Shown: piece by piece, positions 34,916-46,831 of the stretch | How the letters are laid out: each line of letters starts with the position of its first letter | Numbering within the stretch: position 1 is the first letter of the stretch | Assembly (NCBI GenBank): GCA_004431415.1 | Contig: QPMI01000116.1 | Coordinates: 62,001 to 126,000, forward strand | Direction: 5' to 3' | Source of the DNA: Cyanophora paradoxa CCMP329 | Taxonomy: Eukaryota > Plantae > Glaucophyta | Length of the DNA stretch: 64,000 nucleotides | Position numbers and translations under genes: made by a program | The notes under the pieces: generated by a model | The model's input: only the letters and a program-made list of their open reading frames with translations | Told to the model about the DNA's origin: nothing | Databases searched by the model: none

Positions 34916-36655
34916 ATGGCAGCTGAAATTGCTCAAGCTCCTCCTTCCTCTCTGCCTGTCGAGGTCAGTCCCGGCCGCCCCAGCGCCACATGCATCTTCC
35001 GCTCTTTGAGCGTAAGAAACGCAGGAGCTGAGCGTGCGGGCCGGCGATAGCATCACGGCCGCCGTGGCGCGGGCTGTCCCGGAGCAGACCATCCGCCTCG
35101 CCCCTGGCCGGTGCGCACGTGGCGCCGCCCTCCTTACGTATACGCTGATTCAAACAGCTTTCGAATGCACCCTTATGCTGATTCAAGCACGTCAGGTACA
35201 AAGAGAAGGTGGTGCTGGAAAAGGATGTGCACATCATCGGACCAGCGGACTCCGGAGCGGAGGCGGTCATAGAGTGCGAGGAGGGCGCGGCGATTCACTG
35301 CAAGGGCCCCGCGGCGCCGAGCGTTCGGGGCGTCACGATCCGCGGCCTCTCCAAAAAGGAGCCGGCGGTGTGGATCACGGACGGCAGCCGGGCGGTTGTG
35401 GAGAGCTGCAGCATCTCGAGAGTCGGCAAAGTGCGGCAAGCTGAGAAGCAAGGCATGCGCTTCAATACGCTCAGTGACTCTCGCGTACTGATTCCAGTTC
35501 TGTGTTCCGCGCATTCAGAAGACAAGATACTCCAAAACCAACGCATGGCAGCTCTCACAATCGCAACCGGCGGGAACCCCATCGTCCGGGGCAACAAGCT
35601 CCACGGCAGCGAATGCGGCGTCGTCGTTGCGAGCGGAGGCCGCGGCACGATCGAGGGCAACGATGTGTACGGCAACAAGTCCTGCATTGTGATCAACGGG
35701 GATTCCATCGTGAGGGGGAACAAGATACACGACAGCAAGGTCCTCGGCCTCACCGTGGGCAACAACGGGCGGGGGACCATCGAGAACAACGATGTCTACG
35801 GCAACAAGGTGGGCATCATGATCTCGAACAGCAGGGACTCCGTCGTGCGGGGCAACAGGATCCACGACAACAAGGACGGCCTCACCGTGAGCGAGAACAG
35901 TCGGGGGACCGTCGAGGGCAACGACGTGCACGGCAACGACGGGGGTATCGTGGTCGCAAGCGGCGCGGACCCCGTCGTGCGGGGAAACAAGGTCCACGAC
36001 AACAAGATCGTCAGCATCGGCGTGTTCGAGGACGGGCGTGGAACCATCGAGGGCAACGACGTATACGACAATGCGAATTCGGGTATTTTTATCGCCTATG
36101 GAGGGAACCCTGTCGTGAAGGGCAATCGGTGCTCATGCCCCTCCTCCCCCCCCCCGCCCCCCCATCCTTCCCCCCCCCCCCCCCGCATCCCCGCCCTCTC
36201 CCCCTCCTTCTTCCCCGCCCCTTCCCCCTCTCCCGCACACTCCTCCACCATCCATCTCCCTCCTTATTTCCACACCATTGCCCCCTCTCCTGCCCGCCCT
36301 CCCCAACCCCCTCGTCTCCCCCTCTTCCCCTGTCCCATCTGCCCCCCCCCGCCCTCTCCCCCCCCCACCCATCTCCCCCTCTCTTCTTCCCCCGCCCTCC
36401 CCCAGCCCTCTCCTCCCTCCTTCCCCCCCCCCCCCCCCCCCTCCCTCCCTTCCCCGAATCCCCCCATTTCTAGCCCTGCTGACGCTTGCCCGCGGCAGGA
36501 TCCACGACCAACCGAGTGGGATTGTCGTGGGCATGGGCGGCAGGGGTACCATCGAGGGGAACGTACTGGAGCGGCTCGGCTGCGGGCCGGAGGAGGCCAT
36601 CGAGGTCGACCCGGACTGCAGGAAGTGCCGCGTCGGGGCCAACACCGTCCGCTAG
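34916..36655 (+). CDS. Stand-alone right-handed beta-helix (PbH1/CASH, FBXO11-like) protein
   Basis: ELSVRAGDSITAAV..QTIRLAPGR|YKEKVVLEKDVHIIG..IHCKGPAAPSVRGVTIR, repeated GRGTIEGNDVYGN/VRGNKIHD, last exon IHDQPSGI; clear paralog of the 19390-21046 domain. Confidence 0.85.
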
Positions 36656-36824
36656 CCTATAGCAAGTCGGGCCTGCCGCGGTCACTCTACACCCCGCCGC
36701 TTCAGGCCCCGCGCCTCCGGATCCTCTCACTCTCTCTGCAAATGCGCATGTCTCGTTGCCGCAGCGCAAGCGGCGCGAAGCCGCTGAGCGAAGCGCGGGG
36801 CTCACTCAGCGGAGGCGGGGCGGG

Positions 36825-39800
36825 CTAGCTATAGGGGGGCTCGCGATCGAAGCCCGGGGGGAAGGCGAAGCTGTGGGACTCGGCCGCGGGCCCGTGCGGC
36901 GCCGCCGACCGCGCCCGCCGTCCCGCCCGCGGCTTCACCTTCGGGTTCGAGGCGGGGGCCGGGGCCGGGGCCGGGGAGCCCGAGGGCTGGACCGGCGGGG
37001 TTGGGGCGGGGGCGGCGGCCGGGGCGGGGCGGCGGTTGGGGGCGGGCCCGGCGCTGGCTGGCTTCGCCAATGCAAAGGGCGGTTGGGCCTGGGGCGGCGC
37101 CCGATCGCGAGGCGGGCCGGCGGGGGCGGGGCCGGGGGGCGTGGCGGGCGGCGGCAGGCCCGAGCTCGTATGGCGCCCGCGGGCGGCCGCCGAGGACGAG
37201 GACGTCGTCGACGTCGGAGGCGGCAGCGCTGGGGCCGACTGAGGCGCGGCGAAAGCCGCGGCCGCAGGAAGGGCCGCCGTCGTCTCGTAGGGAGCGGCGC
37301 CGGGGAATCTAATCCGAATTCGAATCAAATTCTCGTTCGGAAGGGCCGTGGCCATCACCGCCGGATTCGGATCCGGCCGCGGGGCGGCCCGCGGCGCGGC
37401 GGGGGCACCGGAGGCGGGGACCAGAGCCGAGCCGCTCGAGGAGGGGGCGGGCCCGAGTCAGGGCGGCGGGCGGGGCTGGGCCCGGCGCTGGCCGCCTTCG
37501 ATACAGCGGCCGGGGAGGCCGGGGCCGGATCCGTGGCCTGAGGCGGCGCCCGCCGCGCGCCGGCGGGGGCGGGGTCTGGGTGGGGGAGGAGGGGGGCCGT
37601 CAGCCGGCTGGCTCCCCGGGTGCTCGCGAGCGGCCGCCGTGGGCCGGGCGCGGGGGTACGGCTTCCGCCTCGCCGCGGCCGGCGGAGGCGCTAGAGGCGG
37701 CGGCTGGGCGGGGGGCGTCGCCGGCTCGGGCGGAGGGGCGGCCGGGGCCGTCGCCGGCGAGGCGGGGGGCGGGCTGGGGGCGAGGGATGGGGCCGGGGGG
37801 GTACGGGCGGGCGTCGCGGGGGAGGTCGGTCCCTCCTCGTCGATCTCCGGTACCCCCGGGAGGAGGGCCCCCGCCCCCACGGGGCTACCCGGAGCCTCGG
37901 GGGCGGGGGGCGGAGGCGCGGGGGGTTCGGGCTCCAGCGCCGGACCGGGCCGCGGAGGCGAAGGGGGCGACGCCTCTCGGGGGGGTACAGGCACGGCGGG
38001 GCCGATGGGGGCGAGGGCTGAAACGCCTTCGAGGCTCGAAAGGGAGCGGGGCTTGCCTGGGGCGGGGGCGGGGGCGGGGGCGGGCCGCGGGGCGGGGGCG
38101 GGGGAGGGGTACGGGCCGCCCATGGAGACGGCGCGAGAGACCAGCTGGCCGTGGGCGGGGCGGGGCGGGGTGCCGCTCATGGGAGGGGGGAAGAACGGGT
38201 TCGAAGGGGAGGCGGGGGCGGCGGCGCTGGGGCGGCGTGAGGTCGGGTCGGAGGCGAGGGAGGGCCTCTGGCCGAAGCGTGCGGCGATGCCGGCCGCGAG
38301 GCGGGAGAGGCGGCGGGGGTACAGCGCGGGCGATGACTGCGAGCCGCCGCCGCTGCTGCGCTGGGACGAGGAGCGGCCGCTGGCGCTCGAGTCGCGCCGC
38401 CGCACGCGCGCCCACCGCGGGCCGGCGGACTGCACCAGGCCCCGCCTGCGTATCGCAGAGTAAGCAAAGTATCGAGAAGATGGAAAGAAGATAGGTTTAG
38501 ATAGGTGGCGGACCCGCGGGCGGCGGCGGCGGCGCCCTCGGAGAGCAGCGAGGGGAGCGGCTGCGATCCCGGCAGCTCGATCGGCGCGTCCGCTGCCTGC
38601 CCCGGCAGCATCCTGCGCAAGGAGATGTAGAGTTGGACGGGTACCGAGAGAGTTGAGTGGAAGGAAGGGAGAATTAGCGTACCCGTCCAGGTGGGGGCTC
38701 GGGCTCTCGGGCCGCCCCAGCTCCACGAAGAGGAGCGGGGGGTACGGCTTCTGCTCGGGCCCGGCGGGGCCCTGGGGGGCCGCCTCCAGAGCCGCTGGGA
38801 CCGCCTCCGAAGCGGCGGCAGCAGCCGCTCTGTGGTGGACGGCCGGCGCGGGGCCGGCGCCGCCGCCGCCGCCGTGCAGCGCGCCCTCTGAAGCGAGGTG
38901 AGATAGGGGGGAAGGGGAGGGGACAGAAGGGAACGGGGGTACCGCGGACGACGCGGCGGGCGAGGCGGGCGGCGGCGGGCCCCGCAGGGGCGGAAGGGGT
39001 CGAGGACGTGACCTGCAGGCCCGCAATGCCCGCCATCCCGGGAGCCGGGCCCGCCTCGCCCCGCAAAGCGGCCCTGAAATCGTTCCGTGCGACGGCGACG
39101 CAGCCTGGCTCCGCCGCCTCGCTCAGGCTGCCGGGGTATGAGGAAAAAGGGGGGGGAAGAGGAAGGGGGGTACGAGGTGGGACGCACCGCATCGCCTCGA
39201 GGACAGGGGCTCCCCAGACTGGGGACGAGGGGAGGTATCAGGCGGGGTTGGGGAGGAGGGGTTTGGGGGGTACGGAACCGTTGAAGGGGTACCGCTTCAC
39301 AGCGGGGCGGCGGATGACGCCGCAGAGCATCCAGCCGCTCGCTACCCCGACCTGCAGGGGGGAACAAATTTGAGTTGGAGGGGGGGATGAAGGCGGAGGG
39401 TACGGGCCTTGGCAGCGAGGGGTACGGAGAGGAAAGAGGCGACGCGTTCCACGAGCTCCGCGGCCTCGAGCGCGAGCTCCACAGCCTCCTAGGAGGCAGG
39501 GTGTCGAAGGGGGCGGAAGAGGATGGGTACGGGTACGGGTACGGGTACGGGACGCACGCGCGCGTGGGCCTCGCTCGAGACGGGCGCCCCGACGACGGCG
39601 AGGAGCACGTCGCCCTAAGCGGGGGGCTGAGAACGAAGGGAAAGAAAGAAAACTGGGGGGTACCTGGATGGAGAACGCGTCGGCGCCGCGGCGATCCGCG
39701 AGGCGGTCGAGGGCGCGGACGACCGTTCCCCACACGTGAACGAAGGACGCCGGTTCGAGCGCCCCCGGGGCCGCAATCGCCGCGCTCCCCGCCGGGTCGC

Positions 39801-42800
39801 CGCGCCGCGCCGGCCCCGTCGGAACCAGCCGGAGGCACACCGCCGAGGCCTCCGCCGCGCCCCCCGCCACCAGAGCCTGCGCGCGCCCGCGTGCCCCTCA
39901 GCTTCCCCTACGCTCAGCGTAACTAGCTAAAGCGCTAGCGCTCGGCTAACGGAGGAGGGCGGGCTAAGAGAGCCGTGTTTGAAGCCTGCGCTGGAGCTTG
40001 AGCCCGGGCCTCGGCTCACTCGCCTCAAAAGGAGCCAGCTAGGCCGCAATCAAAGCCACCTAGCATCTAAAGGAGGATCGCGCCCGCTTTTTGAGCCCAG
40101 GGCCCGATCCCGCCCCACCTCTAAGCCCAGCTCCAAGCCCCGGCTCACGCGCCTCGCCGGCGAGGAGCCGCTCCGCCAGCGGGCGCGGGCACGTCGAGTA
40201 GAGGAGGGCGCGCGCCTCGGCCCCCGCCCGCTCGATCGCCTCGCGGGAGCGCTGGATCACCTGGTGGGGCGGGGGGCGGGAGGGCGGGAGGGAGAAAAGG
40301 GGGGGGGCGTCAGCTCGTCTGGAGAGGCGGGGGCCCGCGCTTGAGCTGGACCCGCGCTTACCGCCAGCGCGATGTTCAGCGCTGCGGGGGCGGAGTCAGA
40401 TGCCGTGTGGGGGCCAAGCATAGTCTAGTTTAGTCTAGTGGGGTGGGGGTAGGGGTGGGGTGGGTGGGGTGGGGGGGGGGGAGGGGGGGAGGGGGGGGGG
40501 AGGGGGGGGGGCGGGGGCGGGGGGCGGGGGGCGGCGTCAGCTCTAGCCGGCCTTTCTTTGGCGGGGATAATTAAGCTATAATAGCCTCCTAGCTATAATA
40601 GCTTCTGGTCCTTTTTCTATAAAGCTATAGCTGGTTTGCCTTCCAGCGCGCACCGTTGACGAGGAGGCCGATCTCGTCGTCGGCGTGGCCGCGCGGGGCG
40701 GCGACGCGCGCCGCGGGGTCGTCCGCCGCCGCCACCCGCCGGATCTCCCCCGTCAGCCCCGAGAGCGCTGCGGGGGAAGAGGGGAGGAGGAGGATGGGAG
40801 AGGGGGGGACGAGAGTGGGGATAATCGCGAGATTAGAGTCAGAGGCGCGAGCTTTGGAAGCTTGGGGGGTAGCCTTTTAAAGACGGGGGGAGGACAGCGA
40901 CGGGGGTACGGCGGCGCACGGCGGAGGACGGCGAGCTCGAGGAAGGCGAACGTGACCGTCACGAAGGCACCCCCCACCACCACCAGCCTGGGGGGTACGA
41001 GGTTACGGGGCTGCGGGGTGAGAGCGGGCCTGGGGTGGGGGGCCGCGAATCGGAGCGCACGCGATGAAGTTGACGCGCGTGGCGGTGCTCCCGACCTGCG
41101 AAAGAGCGCGAATCAAAGCGCGCCGTGGATGCGGATGCCGTGATCTTCTATCAAAGCATCTTATATCACAGCATCATATATCGATCGTATATAGCATTTT
41201 ATGGCCCCAGCCGCCCTCTCCGGCCCCAGCGGACCTCGACCACGTCGCGCTCTATAAGCATCTTGTATCTTCTATCTTATATCTTCTATAAGCATCTTGT
41301 ATCTTCTATCTTATATCTTAGCCCCAGCAGACCTCAACGACGTCGCGGGGCCGGTCGAGGCGCAGCAGCAGCGCCGGCGCCCCCGCCCCCGCCACCGACT
41401 CCACCCCGAAGTACGCCGCCTGGGGGGGGGGGTACGCGTCAGTCTCGCTCGCGCCGCCTGGTACGGTCTACCTCCCACGCCCTTCTATCATCTGATCTGG
41501 GGGTACGCGCGGCGCGCGCGGGCGCGCACGATTCGATCGTAGGAGGATGAGGCGTCGTCGGCATGCGGGGCGCAGCGGCGGACGGGGTCGTACCCCGCCC
41601 CCCCGGGGGCGAGGTAGGACCGCTCGAGGGCCTCCAGACGGGTACGCTTTTCGCCCGGCTTCTCCGCCCAGGCGTCGCCGCCCATGGCCAGATCGAGGGA
41701 GAGGGGAGGGGGGAGGGCGGCGGCGGCGCGGGCAACGTCGGGCGCCGGGGCCGGTGCCGGGGCGGTCGGGAGGGGTAGAAGCGCGGCCGTGGCGCAGAGC
41801 GACGTTCGTTCGGCCAGGGTACCCAGCTCGCCGGCCGAGAATCGCCGCGCGAAGACTGCGGTACCCGCCGACGGCCCCGTCCCGTCCGACGCCACCACGT
41901 TCATCGACGCCTGCGGCGAAAGCCGTTTGGGGGGAAGAAGTTGAAGGGGGGTACGGGTTCGCACGACGACGAGGAGCCGGCTGAGGACACCGTCTGCGGC
42001 GGCGGCGGCGCCGCCGCCGGTGCCGGGCAGCTCGGCGGGCGCATCCAGAACCGTGTACCCCACCTTGACCCACTCGTTCGGGTGGCCGAGCCTGTGGAGC
42101 CAGCGGACAGGATTAAAAGGTGGGGGGGAGAAGTCGGGGGGTACGGGGCGAACGCGGAGAGGGGGTTCTCGGACGCCAAACGAGCGAAGGCGGGCGGGGG
42201 GGCCAGCCCTTCCCGCACAGCGCTCGCGACCAGCGCCCCGTTCAGATTGTAGACTGCGGGGAGGAGGTCAGAAGGGGGAAGAAACTACGGACGAGGGGGG
42301 GTACTCTCGCGCACAGAACACGAAATCGGCGCTGACGGAGTCGAGGAGCGGCCCGTTGAAGTTGTCGTCCCTGCGGCCGGGTACGCTATCAGCGGGCGCC
42401 CGAGGGCGGGGGGAAGAGAGGGGGGTACGCGCATGTAGTGGACGACTGCGGGGTCTCCTGGGTCCACCTCCGCCCGTCCGATCATTTCGATCGTCTCGTC
42501 CTGCGCCGAAAGCGGCCGGCCGGCGGCTCGGCTCAGGACGGGGGCCAGGCGGAGGACGGGAGGTTGGGGGGGTAGTGCTGCTGGGGGTCTTAAGCTTGGG
42601 CGAGGGCGGACCCACTGCGCGTAGAGAGCGAGCTTGTCCCGAAGGACGCGTAGGTCGCCCTGCATCGCTATCGCGAAGCGCCGCACGTTGTCTGCGATCG
42701 CGAGCGGCGCGGGCGGAGAGGCGGGCGTGAGAGGCGTGAGGGGAGAGAGCGGCGCGCGGGCGGGGCGGCGCTCGCGCGTTCGCTTCGCTCGCCTGCCATG

Positions 42801-43336
42801 CCGTCGGCCTCGATTCGCTCGAACGACTGCGGGAAGATGCTGAGCGTGAGGCCTGGCAGGCCCGCCGGGTCAGTTCACAGAGAGAGTTCAAGAGCGGGCT
42901 CGGAGGTTCTGGCCGGGGGACGGACCGCTGACGATTGCCACGAGGAGGAGGGTAAGCAGGCCGATCGACAGAACGGTCTTGCTCCTGAGGCTCCCAAACA
43001 GCCTGCGGGCGCCCCCGGACCGGGTTAGACCTCTGTTGACGTCGACTCCGAGCCTGAGGCGCACCAGTCCCCCACGGACCGAACGGCGTCCCTGACGCCG
43101 TCGGCGAGCCGCCTGACCAACGGAGGTCTCTTTTCTCCGCTGTCGCTGCCGCTGCTCCCGCCGACGTCGAGGTGGAGATCAGCGGTCACGGGCTTCGAGC
43201 GTCGAGGGCTGGGCGTGCAGCTGCGGGCCGCCAGCAGCTCGCTGTCGTCCGTGCCGTCATCTTTGCGTCCGGAGATGCTCTGGTACGCCGCCGCCTTGCC
43301 CTCCACGGGCGCCGCAGGGGCCGTCTTAAGCTTCAT
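36825..43336 (-). CDS. Membrane sensor: TM - CHASE4 - TM - HAMP - degenerate class III nucleotide cyclase - long Pro-rich tail
   Basis: SLRSKTVLSIGLLTLLLVAIVS; YAQWDET..DDNF..VYNLNG..GTAVFARRF (CHASE4 pattern); TM VVVGGAFVTVTFAFLELAVLRR; HAMP DDEIGLLVN; ALLYSTCPRPLAERL; QGDVLLAVVGAP; VGVASGWMLCGVI; FNVWGAPVLEAMRLSE. Confidence 0.72.
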
Positions 43337-43847
43337 CGAACAGCCACGCGTACGCTAACCGAGCATCGCTGGAGGGCGCACGACTGGTGAAGTCATTCTC
43401 GCTTTGCACGTAGAGCCCGAACAGCTGCTGATGCGAAGCTGCAGCTCCTTCTGCTCCGCAGCTCTGATCGTGCGCCCCGGAAAAAACGGCTTGTCCCTGA
43501 TTGGTCTGGTTGGTCGCCCTCCGTCGGGTGCGCTGATATGCGCTCCGTCGCTTTGTATCGCTCTCCAGAACCGCTTCTGGTGGTCGGCAGGAGCGCGGGA
43601 GCGAAATCCGCGAGCGATCAAAAGCGAAAATTTTGACGTACCCGGCACGTAATCACGAAAACACGCTGGGAGAGCTGAGCGCCGGATTCCTGAAGGCCGC
43701 TCTGAAATCTACAGCACGAGTAACATCGCGTTGGCTTCCATGTGCGCGGCCCGCCTTCTGGCGGCTCGCCCGGGAGCCTCGCGGACATCTCACTGCATGC
43801 ACCGGGCACGCAGACGCCCGCACGCTGGGAGCGGTCCCTAGGGCACA

Positions 43848-46272
43848 TGGATGCGCACGGGCACCGTGGGAGCCGCGGGGCGAAGGCGCGATCGCGCCGG
43901 GATATGGACATTGACGAGCTGATCGCGGGCATCGACCTGGGGCCCGCCACGCACTATCCATCGGCCAGCGCGCTCCTGGGGTCGAGAGGAAGTTCCTCAG
44001 GCGTCTCTCCGTACGCCGTGGCCTCGCCGAGGCGGCACGCACCCGCGGCAACCCCGCCTTACAACGAGCACCGAGTCCAGAGCCGCACGCCCACATACGC
44101 TCCACCAAAGCAATCACGAACCGCGGCGGAAGCGGTCGGATCGGGCCCCCGATCCGGCCAGGACCGCCGCCGGAACGAGACGCATAGGAGCTCGCCACCG
44201 CGACGGTCCGCGGGCAGCCAGGCGCAGGCCCTGCGCGCCTCCCGACGCGGCCCGAATGCCCCGCGTCCGTCCTCCTCCCGAGCGGCCACGGTACCGACTG
44301 GCGAGCTGAAGCAGCGGCTGCGGGTGCGGCACCTCGCGCCCGCCCCTCGCGCTCGCCGCTAACGAACGCGCCACAGGCCGCTCTGGAGGAACTCGCGCAG
44401 ATCAAAGCGTCCAACCAGCTCGACGAGATCCGCCAGATGGCCCAGGTCCGATCCGAGCCCCTTGCTCGCCCCCTTCGGCGTCCTGCCCCCGCGCCGCTCA
44501 CACGCGTGCTCTGCAGGATCCCGTCCCGCCGCCCAGCTCCTCCGGCAACCGCCCCGCCTCGACTCAGAGCGCCGGGACGGGCGGGCCGGGCGGGGGGGAA
44601 GAAGTTCGGGCCCTCGCCAGACGGCTCCAGGTCTCCGAGGCCCTCGTCAAGAAGCTCCATCGCCGTACCCTGGCGCTGGAAGCCGCCCTCTCCCGCCTGG
44701 TAAACCGCGTACCCCCCTGCGCCTCCCATATCTCCCCCCTCGTGGGTCTGATCCGGCTCTGCAGCGGGCGGGCGGGGCGGTCGAGGAGGACGGGGTACCC
44801 CCCTCGTCCCCGCTGGGCCCGGCGCCGCCCTCCCCAGGGGGCCCTGAAGAACCGCTGTGGGACCCCCCTCCTCCCGGCGCCGAGGTGCCGCCCCTCTTTT
44901 TATCCCGTACCCCTCCTCGAAACCGACCCGTACCCCCGCAGGCGGTCTCGCACCTCGAGTCGCTCAACCAGCAGGCGAAGCCCCTTACAACCCCGTACCC
45001 CTCGGAGCTCGTACCCCGGTCCGAGGCATCCCTTCGTTCGCAGCTTCGCTCGCAGGTGGAGTACCTTCAGAAGGCCCTCGCGCGGGCCGCACAGTCCCCT
45101 TCTGCCGGTACCCCGCTCTCGTTTTTCTCTCCATCTGTACCCGGGCTGAGCGCCTGACCCGTACCCGGGCAGACGGCGGGGCGGTTCAGCGGGCGTACCG
45201 GCGCATGAGCGCAGTCAGGCAGCAGTACCACGCGATGCTCGGCAGGCGCGCCGCCGCCCTTCGGCGCAACCGGGCCCTCGACGAGGTCCGCGTACCCCCC
45301 TCATCAATGTGGTACCCCCCGCGAACCGGTCGGGGCTCGCAGGAGGCGGCGCAGCTCATCGGGCTGCTCCAGGACCGCCTCGACGCCGAGGTCCGTGCAC
45401 GTACCCCTCCCCGCCTTCCCCCCCACCCGCTTCGTGTCTGAGCTGTACCCCCCAAAAGGTTGCCGAGAAGGAGATGGAGCAGCGCGTCTTCAACGCGAAG
45501 CTCTTCGAGCTGGAGCAGCGATCCTGCGACTGGTGCGCTGTACCCCCCGAGGCTCCGCGGTACCCCCGGGAGATCTCCTCCTCCCCTCATCTTCCCCCCC
45601 CCCCCACTCCGCCAGGTTCGTGGACAAGAGGCTGCTCGAGTCGCAGCTCGCGCGCCTCTCCAAGGTACCCGTACCCCCTCCTTTCTCTTCTCCCCCCCCC
45701 CCTCAAACTTTCGGCGCAGGAGCTTGCGGAGCGGGACCGCATCGACGCGCAGATCTCCGACTCGGTCTCCGCCTTGTGCGTACCCCCCTTCCCTTCCTAC
45801 CTTCCCCCTCCCCAGCTTATTTATAGCTGGCAGGCTGGAGAGGATCGAGAGGCTCGAGGGCGAGAACCGAACGCTGCGCTCCGCCGCCGCCGCCGCCGCC
45901 TCGGCCGCCTCGGGGGAACATCGGCGGGAGGACGGGGAGGGATTCGATGACGACGAGGAAGAGGAGGAGGAGGGGTACGGGGAGGAGGAGCAGGTACCCC
46001 CGGCTCCGGCGAGGCGGGGGTCGGCCTACTCCCTCCACGATCGCGACCGCGAGCGGGCGCGGGGGGTGCCGCCTTCGAATCCCGCCGGCGCCGACGCCTG
46101 GGGCCGCTCCCTCCCCCCCGACCGTGGCGAGTCCTACGCCCACGCCCGCGCCCACGCCTACGGCGGGCCCGGCGCCGGCGTCGGGAGCGCGACGGAGGTC
46201 CTGCTGCCCCCCTCGCGCTTCGCCGGCCCCTTCTCCTCTTCCGGGAGCGCCAAGCGCCTCTCCAGCCGCTAG
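43848..46272 (+). CDS. Coiled-coil protein of unknown function
   Basis: Spliced exons EEVRALARRLQVSEALVKKL, RQQYHAMLGRR, EMEQRVFNAKLFELEQRSCDW-FVDKRLLE, ELAERDRIDAQI, LERIERLEGENRTLR; stop at 46270-46272. Confidence 0.65.
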
Positions 46273-46831
46273 CGGCTGTGTTAAACTCCTTGAACTACTA
46301 TACTAAGAATATACTAGCTATAGGTCCTTGGACAATGAAGTTGCTTGTTACTATCTCTATATCTTACTTGAACTTCTATACATACTAAGAATACTGCAAG
46401 TTACTTGAACAATTGCAAACAGCGAATACAGAACTAACCGTTGAACTAGTAAGCACGACTTGGTCAGGAAGAAGATCACTGAGTCATACTCGTGATGATC
46501 TGACCATAATTGAAACATGAAGACTCTGACTCAGTGAGAGGGGCTCCCGCGGCCCCCGCGGCCAGACGGACTCGCTAGGGCCACAAGAGGCTCTGTTCGG
46601 CCTCCGAGAGTCCGACGGTCCGGGTCCCCGTTTTCGATCCTGGCCTTGAGCTCAGAGTCACTTTTCATGATCTCAATCGATCACTCAGAGTCACTTTTCA
46701 TGATCTCTAGACTCTTGGGATCTCATGATCACTGTGATTTTTGTGTATGTACAAGCCCCGGGCCCAGCTGCAGGACACTGTGACACTGGCCTGCAGCTGG
46801 CGGAGCACCGCCCCGGCCCCCGCCGGCGAGC

